Source: Octopus vulgaris (lineage: Eukaryota). Taken from it: 64,000 nt of DNA. Of the stretch, positions 38,486 to 53,306 are shown in pieces. The stretch lies in assembly GCA_951406725.2 (NCBI GenBank), contig OX597814.1, forward strand, positions 100,316,001 through 100,380,000, read 5' to 3'. The first letter of the stretch is position 1; each line of letters opens with the position of its first letter. Both the position numbers and the translations under genes were made by a program. The notes beneath the pieces are model-generated. The model did no database searches, was not told the DNA's origin, and saw only the letters and a program-made list of their open reading frames with translations.

Positions 38486-39001
38486 TGGGCCATGAGGCGG
38501 GGTGATAAGTCTTCTTAGTCACAGCTGTCGTATATTAAGGTTACGGTTAGTGCAATAACATGTTTAGGCCAATGCAGAACGATAAGGTAAAAATCATTGT
38601 GAAAAACAATTGAGTCATGCATTTCCTTCAATCAGTTCAGAAGAAAGGTGTATGATTATTTTATTACAATCATTTTTATATTCCTCAGCTGTTTCACGAA
38701 ACTAAATTTACTCTTTAGAAACAATTCTTCAGAAGATGGCAATGTTTTCTATGAAAGTAGATGATTTTATAAATTTATTTGATGTTTGACCTTTTAAATG
38801 CTTCTTTATTTCAAAATTATTTTCTTTCACTAAACTCTTTCTAGCATATATATCTATATTTCAATGAAGCAAAGTATTATTTATTCTAAGCATTAAACAA
38901 CTGGTCATGCACTAGTACACACTCTCGCGCATACACGCACGTCTACATATACAATCATACATATGTGTGTTTGTGCATATGTGTATGTATGAGCTTACAT
39001 G

Positions 39002-39329
39002 TGTGTGCGCATATGTGGAGGTGTGGACTTATGTATGTGTGTTTCGTGCAAAATGTGACACAAATTTATATTCATGCTAAAAATATATAGCAGTATGTGT
39101 ATAAATGCATGTGTGTTAGCGTATGAAATAATTGTACGTGTACAGACATATGAAAAGACGGATACCTATATGTCTACATATCTGTCTGTGCATGTACAAT
39201 TTTTGTGGCGCTTTTATATTATATGATACCTCATATAATATGGTCTTCAAAAGAAGATCCGTAAACACATTAACTCTCACACTGAAAACGATCGTTTATT
39301 TAGTAGCTATAAGTAGAAAAACAATATCT
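39002..39329 (+). repeat. Direct duplication, copy 1 (~328 bp)
   Basis: Near-identical to 41001-41328, with about 8 substitutions counted by eye. Confidence 0.92.
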
Positions 39330-39951
39330 TTCATAGGCGCGACGTTCATTGTTTTCTCAAGAGTATTAATCAATTAGTAAATTAGCGACGTAAGTGAAAC
39401 TATGGTCTAAGATTAAGAGAAATCCTGACTAATGACTTAGAACTTCCTGTGGGCTGGTTCAGGCGGCTGACACAACTAACTAGCAATGTTATGGTTACAG
39501 AAACAACACGAGGAGACCACGTGTTCATAACTTGCTCGCCTATTTGGAACGTACGCACACAGACACTCATACACACATTCACATAAAGACACTTACACAT
39601 GCATGAATATACAGCAAAAACACATGGATGTGCGCACACATATATATACGCTAAGTGTGGATGATTCTAAAAATGCAAGGCTAATAATGGAAAATTTTCA
39701 ATACACATTTAGAAAAAAATATTTGCTTTACAGTGCGACGTAAAATGGTTATTAACAAACAGCCTGGAAAAACTAAGTGATAATGGTATCAAAAATATTT
39801 CACTGTCAAACAAAAGGTGAAATACTGAGTTAGTGCAGTAGTGCTAATGAAAATTATGATACAAGGCCATACGTTGCATGAGAGTTGTTTTTGTTGATCG
39901 ATCTTAGTATATGGATGATCTTTATTCTATGTAATGCGTTGTTCAAGTTGA

Positions 39952-40220
39952 GTGAAGGCGCATGGCTTAGTGGTTGGAGCGTTAGGCTCACAATCATGAG
40001 GTTGTGAGTTCAATTCCTGGACCGGGCTATGTTCTTCAGCAAGGCACTTTATTTCACGTTGCTTCAGTTCACTCAACTGTAGAAATTAGTGGTGCCAAGC
40101 TGTATCGGCCCTCACCTTTTCCTTGGATAACAGCGGTCTCTTGGAAAGGGATGGCTGATATACATAGGCGACTACTGGTCTTCCATAACCTTACTCGGGC
40201 TTGTACCTCGAAGAGGTACA
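39952..40220 (+). mobile_element. SINE family D
   Basis: GGCGCATGGCTTAGTGGTT…GAGTTCAATTCC…GTTCTTCAGCAAGGCACTTTATTTCACGTTGCTTCAGTTCACTCA. Confidence 0.8.
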
Positions 40221-40314
40221 AGTCAGGGCAAGGTTGTTTATGGAAGTTCTGTTATTGAAGTTAATGATGGATTTGAACTGACAACTAAAGAGGTATATCT
40301 AAATGTTGATCTAA

Positions 40315-40970
40315 AACGGTGGTACAAGGCTAGCAATTTTGGTGGAGGTGTTAGATCTATTCAATTAACCCCAGTGCTCAGCTGGTACTCATTTCATCGA
40401 TACCGAAGGACGAAATGTAAAGTCACCCTCGGCGGAATTTAAACGCAGAACATAAAGATGGACGAAATATTACTAAGTATTTTGTCCGGCGTGCTAACGA
40501 ATCTGCCAGTTCTCTGCCTTGAAGCATAACTAAAGATTGGTTTCAAATGTAGGCACAAGGCCATCAAGTTCGGTTGAGGGCGTAAATTGATTACATCAAC
40601 CCCGGCGGTCAACTGGTGCTTACGTTATCAACCCCGAAACGATGAAAGGTAAAGTCGACCACGGCGGAATTTGTACTTAGAGCATAAAGACGGACGAAAT
40701 GCTGCTAAGCACTTTGTCTGGCGTGCTAAAAATTCAGTCAAGTCGCAGCATAAGCATAACTGAATATGTATCCTAATCGGTTCTTCCCACTCCACCAGGA
40801 AAATAATAATGGATTTTGACTTAGACGCAAGGCTGGCAATTTCGAGGAAATGGGTGGTTGCCGATATCATTGACCTCAGTACGTAAATGGTACTTTATTT
40901 TATAGACGCAGAATGGATGGAAGGAAAAGCTGACTTTGGTAGGATTTGAGGTAAGAACACAAATGCTGCT
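40315..40970 (-). mobile_element. Stack of three co-oriented SINE family B copies
   Basis: The ACAAGGC…ACTGGTAC…AAAGTC…GGAATTT unit recurs at about 40320, 40550 and 40825. Confidence 0.82.
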
Positions 40971-41000
40971 ATTAATTGTGTATAGACCATCTTTATCAAC

Positions 41001-41328
41001 TGTGTGCACATATGTGGAGGTGTGAACTTATGTATGCGTGTTTCGTGCAAAATGTGACACAAATTTATATTCGTGATAAAAATATATAGCAGTATGTGTA
41101 TAAATGCATGTGTGTTAGTGTATGAAATAATTGTACGTGTACAGACATATGAAAAGACGGATACCTATATGTCTACATATCTGTCTGCGCATCTACAATT
41201 TTTGTGGCGCTTTTATATTATATGATACCTCATATAATATGGTCTTCAAAAGAAGATCCGTAAACACATTAACTCTCACACTGAAAACGATCGTTTATTT
41301 AGTAGCTATAAGTAGAAAAACAATATCT
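41001..41328 (+). repeat. Direct duplication, copy 2
   Basis: Near-identical to 39002-39329. Confidence 0.92.
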
Positions 41329-42255
41329 GCAGTTTTTTTCCTATATCAGAGGTAACGAATGTTCGTTCTAGCATATGGCTGTGTGGGAATACGCACCACT
41401 GAAACGGTCCGGAGTCGTTACCGAAATGAATCTGGCTCTTTCACTGGCTGCTAGTGGGATGAATTTTCATCTATCATGATTTTGTCTTTTTACAGTGCAG
41501 TACCGTACGAAATAGTGTATGCGCATGACTCAGTGGTTACAGTATCGGGCTCACAATCATGAGGTAGTGAGTTCGATTCACGGACCGATTTGTGTGCTGT
41601 GTTCTTCAGCAAGATAGCAAGATAGCAGATGAGATGGAATGGTTACTTACACGAGTACACATTACTAACTCATATACAATTCTATACGCAAGCCATCCCT
41701 AATGTCACACAAAATATATTATGTATAAACGCATGTAACATACATAAGAAGCAACAACATTACTGCGCATGTGTGTTGGTGATAAGTTTGTACGAGATCG
41801 TTCCGGAAATCCAGCAATCTCTACAACTTAAACTGAACTCAACATCACAATGAATTCAGATTAAAGACAGAAGTATGTGCTGTAAAATACTGTGCCGGTT
41901 TTGTTTATATGAACATACATGCATACATACATGCATATACACATGCGCGTGTGCATAGTATAATAAAATATATAATGTAATATCATATCATATAAAATTA
42001 TATGTATATATATATTATGTATATACATTTAAATTATAAGGGTATAAAATTGAATATTAAATTGATTAAAATCAATTCAAACCAGTAGCCTAGCATATTG
42101 AAAAAATCTGAATATTCAGAAAAATTATATTACATACATATTACATTATGTATATATTATGTATGTATGTATGTATGTATGTATGTATGTATGTATGTAT
42201 GTATGTATGTATGTATGTATGTGTGTATGTATGTATGTATGTATGTATGTATGTA

Positions 42256-42294
<39 letters not shown>

Positions 42295-42329
42295 ACAATT
42301 GCAGCGTGGAAGGTGTTTATAAGCCATTT

Positions 42330-42491
42330 AAAAATACACCAAAACTGTTAGGTTCACATCAACATTTGAATTCAATTTGCCAAAATATTTTCATCGCTTT
42401 GAGGCCAGGTCGCAGTTTCAAAGCGACGAAGATATTTTGGTAAATTCAATTTAAATGTTGAAGTGAATCTAATGGTATTGTGTGCGTTTTT
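42330..42491. repeat. Long imperfect inverted repeat (~75-bp arms), possibly Penelope-like inverted termini
   Basis: Left …TTAGGTTCACATCAACATTTGAATTCAATTTGCCAAAATATTTTCATCGCTTTGA; right-arm reverse complement …TTAGATTCACTTCAACATTTAAATTGAATTTACCAAAATATCTTCGTCGCTTTGA. It is embedded between (TA)n tracts. Confidence 0.85.
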
Positions 42492-42559
42492 GTAATTGTG
42501 CTTGTTTCAGCACACGATCTCAGATCAGGTCACTTGCTATGCAAGTACATCTCCGTGAC

Positions 42560-43495
<936 letters not shown>

Positions 43496-44376
43496 ATACA
43501 CACATACACACACACACACACACACACATAGGTGCATATATATGTATATATACATTCATACATACATACACACATACGTATATATATATTTATATACATA
43601 CATATATATATATTTATATACATATATATTTATATATACATATATATATATATATTCATATATACACATATTATATATATATATCATGTATATATAGACA
43701 TGTATATATATGTATATATATATATATATAAATATATATGTATGTACATATACATATATATGCATCTCTCTCTCCCTCATTCTCCTTTACTCTTCACCCT
43801 CTCTCTCTATGTATGTATGTATGTATGTATGTATGTATGTATGTATGTATGTATGTATGCATGTATGTATGTGTATATACATACGCAAACATACACACAC
43901 ACGAACACACACATATATACCCATCAGGCATCCCACCCAGATATATATGTGTATGTATGTATACACGCGCGAATATGTAGGAAGGAGCGTGTATTTATTC
44001 TCAATATTAGAGCTCCTTTCTTTTGTTATTTTTCCCTGATATTTTCAGTAACAGAAGATTTCCGTTTGTCTTTGATCAGATGGAATCAATAAAATCGCAA
44101 GTATAAAAGGCTGGGCGTCTATGAACACATCCGATCTACCGTTTAGCTTGCTCTCTGGTTAACGACAGCAACAACAGTACTAAGAGTAGTTGCAGTAGCA
44201 ATGACGATAATTGCTTTATTTGTCATAAGAATAACAAATATACGTGCGCTCTCGAAATTCTCAGTGCGGATTGAAACATGTACATGAAATGCTATGAACG
44301 ATGCCAAAAATATCGCGCGCGTATATTTGTGTGTATGTGTATGTGTATGTATATATGTGTGTGTATGTGTGTATGT

Positions 44377-44598
<222 letters not shown>

Positions 44599-44602
44599 CA
44601 AC

Positions 44603-44830
44603 GCGGCGAGCTGGCAGAAAGGTTAGCACGCCGGGCGAAATGCGTAGCCGTATTTCGTCTGTCGTTACGTTCCGAGTTCAAATTCCGCCGAGGTCGACTT
44701 TGCCTTTCATTCTTTCGGGATCGATAAATTAAGTACCAGTTACGCACTGGGGTCGATGTAATCGACTTGATCTCTTTGTCTGTCCTTGTTTGTCCTCTCT
44801 GTGTTTAGCACCTTGTGGGCAGTGAAGAAA
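44603..44830 (+). mobile_element. SINE family B, young full-length copy
   Basis: GGCGAGCTGGCAGAAAGGTTAGCACGCCGGGCGAAATGCGTAGCC…GAGTTCAAATTCC…GCCTTTCATTCTTTCGGGATCGATAAATTAAGTACCAG. The core resembles the conserved Meta-type SINE domain (from memory). Confidence 0.93.
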
Positions 44831-44847
44831 TATATATATATACATGT

Positions 44848-45192
44848 ATATTCTTTTACTTGTTTCAGTCAAATCAACACCAAGACTTATTCTTTGCATG
44901 CCTAGTACTTATTCTATCGGTCTCTTTTGCCGAACCGCTAAGTTACGGGGATATAAACACATCAGCATCGGTTGTCAAGCGATGTAGGTGGATACAAACT
45001 CAGACACACAAACACACGCACGCACACACACACATATACATATATACGACTGTTTCCTTCTACACAGTCCACTCACAAGGCTTTGGTTGGCCCGAGGCAA
45101 TAGTAAAAGACACTTGTCCAAGGTGCCATGCAATGCAACTGAACAATGTGGTTGGTAAACAAGCTACTTACCACATAGCCACTCCTGCGCCT
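44848..45192 (-). mobile_element. SINE family A with internal deletions
   Basis: Reverse complement of the family A head and tail. Confidence 0.88.
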
Positions 45193-45195
45193 ATG

Positions 45196-45610
<415 letters not shown>

Positions 45611-45618
45611 ATATATAA

Positions 45619-45708
<90 letters not shown>

Positions 45709-45711
45709 ATA

Positions 45712-46882
45712 CAAGGTTTGGACAAATTTCAAGCGAATTTATTTTAATATGGGGTAGGACCGCCCTTTGGCAGTAATTACAGCTTGAATTCTACGAGGTA
45801 TCGACTCGTACAAAATTTGAATTGACTCCAATTTGGCGATTCTTCACCTAAAACAGTCACCAGTTCTTGTAGTGGTGATGCTGGAGGATATCGCTCCTTA
45901 CTTGTTTTTCTAAAATGCACCATAAATGTTTAATAATATTGAGATCTGTGGTGGCTAGATAAGATGTTCAACTTCACTAGAATGCTCTTCGTCCCATTCA
46001 GTAACAGCTTTAGCTATGTGAATTGGTGCGTTATCATCCTGAAAAATTGCTTTTCTATTCCGCAACCATACGATGAATTTGATCAGATAAAATGCTTACA
46101 TAGTCTTGAATATTAATTCTACCATGAAAGAAAATCATTGGGCCGGCGGATTTCCAAGATATAGTCCCCCAGATCATCCCAGATCCTCCTCAAGTTTAAC
46201 AATTGGAAGAAGGCAAGTACTTCTTTTGGTTGTCTCCACACGTATACTTGGCTGGTGGTCGGAAATAAGGTAAAGGATGACTCGTCGAGAAAATTACATA
46301 CTTCCACTGCTCTAGGGATCAATTCTGTAGGTTTTTACTCCACTCTAAACGTTTTGCAACGTTTGTTTTTGGAAGTAGTGCTTTTCTGATTGCAGCCCTC
46401 CTGTGAAATCCGGCTTTGTGCAGCTCCCGGTGAACAGTTTTTGTGGAAACTGGGTTTTCGAGGTGGTCATTATGCTCTGCACAAATGTTTGGAATTGTAC
46501 TTTAGTGATCCTCTCTAACAATTCGCGTAAGAGTCCGACGGTCCCAACCTGAAAGTTTTGGTTTTCTTCCGGAGTTTTGTTTCGACGAGGAGGTTTTTCC
46601 CTCTTTCTCAAAGGCTGTCATTACTTTCGAGACAGTACTTCTTGATATACCAAACGAGCACAAACAATTTGACCCCTTTGAAAGTCCGATAGATCTGTCA
46701 TTTTAATGAATTACCCTTTTCTGATGATATCTGAAAAGAAACAGCAATTTTGCAAAACATATTAAGCAACACTAATAATATTTTATTTTAAAAGGAATAA
46801 ACAAGTCTTTCATGGTTTTATAGATATTTCAAAATTGTGATGCTATGTGGCTAGGTTTTTCCTTTATTTTGTCCATCTCCTG
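45712..46882 (-). mobile_element. Degraded Tc1-like (DD34E) transposon
   Basis: TA-flanked imperfect TIRs (CA..G..TGGACAAA). The minus strand gives MTDLSDFQRGQIVCAR (ATG at 46701), FLDESSFTLF, FQDDNAPIH, DLNIIKHLW and [14 protein letters not shown]. Confidence 0.88.
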
Positions 46883-46891
46883 TATATATAT

Positions 46892-47033
<142 letters not shown>

Positions 47034-47199
47034 GATACAACTTAGTGGTTTATCAAACATTGACTGAGGCTTGAGCTTAGGTCTTAACTATGAGAATACT
47101 TCTCCCCAGATTCTTCGACACTACGTTCGTAGTGTACTTTATCCGAATTTGTCCGAATTTTGACAAGTTCGTCAAGGTATAAAGCAGTAAAACACTCGA

Positions 47200-47665
47200 T
47201 GCGTTCTTGAGAGAAGACATGTAACGTAAATACCGAACAACCATACACCCTTTGAAAGACTGCATTGAACTGCGTATATCCGATTCCAGGCAGATAGGTG
47301 TATATGACTTTTCAACGGCACTTCCCGAACTTATTATGAGGTACCTAAGATTAGAGACTGCGCTTTCGAAACCTTGGATAACTCTATGTCGCGAAAGGCA
47401 GTGCAAATATTTGATCTCATCTAAAATAACAGGCGGTATGTCCTGACATTGCGATAAGTCAACGGAAGTGAACCTACACACATATGCATATTCAATCATG
47501 GGATTGTTGGCCCTTTTGCCAAGCTGGATATTAAGAAAGCATCGTGAAATAACCCACCGAAGAGAGCTGGTACAAGGAATACTTACCAAATGTCTCAAAG
47601 AATGACAAGATGACTACGTTCTGGGAAATACAAACTTATAAGAATAAGGAGATCAACCAATTCAT
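47200..47665 (+). mobile_element. Highly degraded R4/Dong-type LINE relic
   Basis: TEESWYKEYLPNVSKNDKMTTFWEIQTYKN aligns with TADKWYNHHPEAVTEGENVTILWDFSVHTDR of the 6792 ORF. Confidence 0.55.
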
Positions 47666-47671
47666 CTAATT

Positions 47672-47940
47672 CAGTGGTTCTCAGTCAGATTTTACTTACG
47701 GACACATTCGATGCCTTTTTTTAACGCTACTGGACCGACAGAGCCATTTGCTCTATATAAAAGGATCTTATTGCAATTTTATAATTAAATATTATTCGAA
47801 ATTGCATAAAAATTAGAATATTTTGTGCATTGTATAAGTATAATCAATATATTGAACAGAAATTTTAACAACAAAATCATATATGGACCTTCAAAGGTAT
47901 ATGAACCAATGACTGTATGAATCCCAGTTGAGAGGATCTG
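47672..47940. mobile_element. hAT/Charlie-like MITE relic
   Basis: Begins CAGTGGTTCTCA and ends GTTGAGAGGATCTG (a decayed TGAGAACCACTG). No clear 8-bp TSD. Confidence 0.5.
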
Positions 47941-48374
47941 GTGTATATAATTATTGTTAGCGCCTGTAAAACTCATAAATGTCTCGCTACTGATGTATCA
48001 GTTCTACCGTTTAAGATATATCTAAAAGAAATACTCAAATGAATCTAATATAAATATATGTACATAGAGATAAGCACAAGCTGGAGACTGGAAACAAAAA
48101 TCAATCCCTATAAGAATAGGTGCGTTTGGAATAATTGAAAGGAAAATGCAGATAAAAGCATAACCAAAAGCACAACGCTTGCACACATAAACGACATAAA
48201 GGAAATATAAGAGACAGTGCACAAATATATAACAGAGAATGTCAATATAATAAAAGCACAGCCAGAAAAAAGGAAACACTTTTTTATACTCTGCGCGCAG
48301 TGACGCGCTCAGCGGTGCAGTGAAAGCACGCAATAAAATACGACTGCTAAATAACAACAACAACAACATTGATA

Positions 48375-49352
48375 GTGAATCTAATTTAGGCATACGGCTT
48401 GAAATTATTAGAGAAGAGATTTGTTTGAGTGCATCGGGCACAGAACTTGCCTCTCACTTAATTTATCAAGCCTGAATGAGACGAAATCAGAAGTTTACCT
48501 CGCGAGAATTTGAACTCAGTGCGTAAAGGCCGGATAAAAATACTGGGAATCATCTTCTTTACTGGCGGTGTTAACGAATCTGCCAATCCATCTCACTTCT
48601 TGAAATTGGGTAAAATATCAGAATTTTACATCGACCCCACTAGTATTTGATATTACTTTATTTCATCGATGAAAAGTAAAGTTCATGGCAGTGATACTGG
48701 ATATCAGCGCGTAAAGAGCCGCAAGAAATACTGCTAATGATTTTGTCTGGCGTTCGAACGTTTCTTATTTCTTTTTTGCCCATAAGGGGCTCAACATAGA
48801 GGAGACAAACAAGGACAGATAGAGGGATTAAGTCGATTACATTGACCCCAGTGCGTAACTGGTACTTAATTCATCGACCTCGAAATGATGAAAGGCAAAG
48901 TCGATCTCGGCGGAATTTGAACTCAGAACGTAACGGCAGACGAAATACCGTCAAGCATTATCGCATGGCGTTCTACTGTTTCTGCCAACAGGCAGCTGTA
49001 TTAATAATCCTTTCTATTATAGGCAAAACGCCTGAAATTTGGTGGCAGTGGGTAAGTCATTAATATCGCCCCTGATGCGGTACTGGTATTTCATCGATGC
49101 CAAAAGGCTATAAGCCAAAGTCGACCCCGGCGTAATTTGAACTCAGAACTCAGACGGACAAAATGCATTTAAGCATTTTATCCGCAGTACTAATGAGTCT
49201 ACTAGCTCGCAGCTTTAACAATAATAACAATTCTTTTGTACTGTAGGCACACAGACTGAATACAGCTACCCAATAGATACTTATTGTATCCACCCCGAAA
49301 GGATGTGGAACACTGAACGTAAAGACGGACGAGTTTACCAGCCTACTGCCTT
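48375..49352 (-). mobile_element. Stack of about five co-oriented SINE family B copies of different ages
   Basis: Repeated ATCGA…AAAGT…GAATTTGAACTCAG units. The youngest is at 48765-48960. Confidence 0.8.
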
Positions 49353-49534
49353 AACAATAACGTATCTTTACAGGCAGGCATGTATGTATGTATGTATGTA
49401 TGTATGTATGTATGTATGTATGTATGTATGTATGTATGTATGTATGTATGTATGTATGTATGTATGTATGTATGTATGTATGTATGTATGTATGTATGTA
49501 TGCATGTATGTATGTATGTATATATGTATGTAAA

Positions 49535-49940
<406 letters not shown>

Positions 49941-50002
49941 TATTTATGTATATATATGTATATGTATATATATGTATATATATATATATATATATATACA
50001 TA

Positions 50003-50056
<54 letters not shown>

Positions 50057-50656
50057 TGTGTGTGATGTCTGCACGTATTTATCTCTGTGGGTTCGCGAGC
50101 ATGTTGCTGGCGTGTGTGCATGTATTTTGTTGTTTCATATTCTTTCTCATACACAGTTCCGGATATATCGTACTTCTATACGGTGACAACTTCCAAAGGA
50201 ATACACATACAACAGAAATTTCAAAGCGGAATAAATATACGCCACACCATACAAAATCTCAAAAGAATACGATAAACATTTCATTCAGATCCTTATTTGA
50301 TTTCTTTATCATTTGTTATATTCTCTGCTGTTGTGTTTTGTATTTGTTTACCTCACTGAAGTTGAACTGCAAACATCTATTTGATTTTAATGCACGAATA
50401 TATTGTACGTGAGTATACGCTTGTTTGTTTATTTGTTCGCTTGTTTGTGCGTGTGTTTGTCTGTTGGGGGGGGGGGGCATAATTGTCTGTGTGTGTGTGT
50501 GTGTGTGTGCAAGTGTGTGAAATTTTGTTTAAATTGTTTGTTGAGAGCTAATTGGTTCCTGTGAATCTTTACATATTCATTTGCGATTGTTTTTATTCCA
50601 TTTGTTTCACTTTCACTTTTGCGTGTTTAGTTATTTAATATATAAATAAATATACG

Positions 50657-50719
<63 letters not shown>

Positions 50720-50863
50720 GTATATATATAACACTGTATGTGTGTGTATATATATATATATATTATAATATAGAGGATATACACCTCGATATAATGAGCT
50801 CAGGATCGAGGAGCAAATATCAGATAATGTCTCGCCATGGTAATCTGAATGAGAATATAGTAT

Positions 50864-50951
<88 letters not shown>

Positions 50952-51303
50952 ATACACACACATACACACACACATGCATACACACACACACATGCAAATG
51001 TATTTATTCTCTGTTGTTTTCCTTTTTCTCTTAGCTTTATTATTTCTTTTAGTCTTCTTATTTCGTGTTTAAACCCCTGTTCTTCGAATGCATATTTGCA
51101 CGTATGTATCAGTGACTCTGTGTGTATGCGTTTGCGTATACGTTAATGTATGTGAGCATGGCTGCACATATAAATACATATAAAAAAACAAAACACATTA
51201 CGAATATGCTTTTGAAAGTAGACAACGTTAGGATGAAAATCGTCGTACTCCCCTCTCCAACACTTCCTCCTTCTCCTCCTTCTCCACATCCACCTGCTAT
51301 TCA

Positions 51304-51304
51304 T

Positions 51305-51365
<61 letters not shown>

Positions 51366-51447
51366 GTATTATTATTATTATTATTATCATTATTGCTGTT
51401 GTCATCATTATTATTGTCATCATCATTATCATTAATATCACCATTAC

Positions 51448-51505
<58 letters not shown>

Positions 51506-51606
51506 TTTGTTATTATTATTATTATTATCATCATTATTATTATTAATATTATTATTATTATTATGCTTATTATTATTATTATTATTATTATTATGCTTAT
51601 TATTAA

Positions 51607-51681
<75 letters not shown>

Positions 51682-51684
51682 CAT
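51304..51684. repeat. (AAT)n/(ATT)n microsatellite with strand switch
   Basis: Directly visible. Confidence 0.95.
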
Positions 51685-52751
51685 TGAGACAGAATAATGG
51701 AACCGCCATAGAGAGGGTAGGGTTAGAGTGAGAAATCAGGAACGCTTAAAGGCTCAGGCTTTTCAAGTGCAGGGGCGAAGTAAATGAAGCGGTACCAAAT
51801 AGGTATCTAAATGGATTCAGTTTTATGAACATTTAAGATCTTTTGTCATTGTCATCGACAATAATTGCAGTGACAAAAGGATCACTAGGTGGTCAACACG
51901 ACCTCCTAGAAACAAAAGTTGTATTTCTCTCAAATCACATTATATCATGTCAGATAAAAGAAAAGAAAGGGTTCATGGGATAAAGTAAAAGTTAGATATA
52001 AGATGGCTGTAAAGCCAAATAAAATTAAAGGATGGATTGGTTACAGTTGAAACAGTCTGTTGCCCTGGAGTAACAGGAAATCTTAGCACCGATAAGTATT
52101 ACATAAGCAATGGTAATAAGAAGATTTTATAATTATAAGTATCAGGACGGACCACTATTCGAAGCAAATAATCTGCAAAGGTAGAACTAATGAAGAAGCC
52201 TCCTTGTCGCTCAATCTGATCGAAATATCAGCTATCTGTTTTGCTTCACAAAACATCGAGTAACTTAAAGAAGGAAGCTTTGGACAATGTAATCTCTTAC
52301 GGGATGGTCACGGATGGAATACATTTATTCGTTGGTGGCCTCAATAATTTTTGAATTGGTGTAAAACAGCCACACCCGTAACAAATCGCTTACTTTGTCA
52401 CCAGTCACACAAATTATGTGACACAGATGATCGTGTTGTCGCGTATTCACCGGTTTCAGCTCAGAAACGTTATCATCTGACTATGTATATATAATAAGCT
52501 AGTGTCTTTAGAATGTACTGAACATACATATATCGTATGGCTAATGCTAGATTTTTTAAGTAATATACTTGAGTAATTGTATCATGTATTTTTATTTTCT
52601 ATCCAGAATGATCCAGTGTGGAATACTTCCCTCAACTCTACTGTTATGTTCATGGTCTTTAAACGATATTTTGTTACATCATTTTAGAGCCCTGAATCCA
52701 GCCCGGACCTGCTTTAATCTGATGGCCGATAAAATAAATCAGTAGTTTATG

Positions 52752-52875
52752 ATGGCTTAGTGGTCAGGGTATTCGGTTCGTGATCGTAAGATTGTGAGTT
52801 CAATACTTGGCGTACATTGTGTTCCTGAGCAAGATACTCTGTTTCACTTTGCTCCAGTCCACTCAGCTGGCTAAA
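52752..52875 (+). mobile_element. SINE family D, 5' part
   Basis: ATGGCTTAGTGGTCAGG…GAGTTCAATAC…GTTCCTGAGCAAGATACT…GCTCCAGTCCACTCAGCTGG. Confidence 0.75.
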
Positions 52876-53099
52876 ATTATTTTTTTTGTTTAACCCCTCG
52901 CCCTCTCAAACGTATGTACTATCAGACGTTGCTGAATATTTATTTTGCAGTTTTATGACTGAATGGTTGAATCGTCAGAGTGGCGGAGAGGATTTTGCTG
53001 AAATTGCTCATGCTCCCGCAGATTTGTGTTCAAATGCCGCCATGAACTTTGTCCGTCTTCCTCGTAGGGCTGATTTAGTTGCAGTCTAGTACAGCTGCT

Positions 53100-53306
53100 G
53101 CTTCTTCTTCTTCTTCTTCTTCTTCTTCTTCTTCTTCTTCTTCTTCTTCTTCTTCTTCTTCTTCTTCTTCTTCTTCTTCTTCTTCTTCTTCTTCTTCTTC
53201 TTCTTCTTCTTCTTCTTCTTCTTCTTCTTCTTCTTCTTCTTCTTCTTCTTCTTCTTCTTCTTCTTCTTCTTCTTCCTCCCCCTCCTCCTCCTCCTCCTCC
53301 TCCTCC
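53100..53306. repeat. (CTT)n(CCT)n microsatellite
   Basis: Directly visible. It is the source of the poly-E/poly-S ORFs. Confidence 0.97.

Noticed and set aside
39002-41328. LTR retrotransposon or TRIM interpretation of the direct repeats
   Set aside because: There are no TG…CA termini, TSD, PBS, PPT or gag/pol remnants.
47077-47598. 173-aa non-repetitive minus-strand ORF
   Set aside because: The opposite strand carries decayed R4/Dong LINE motifs, so the ORF is most likely an antisense by-product.
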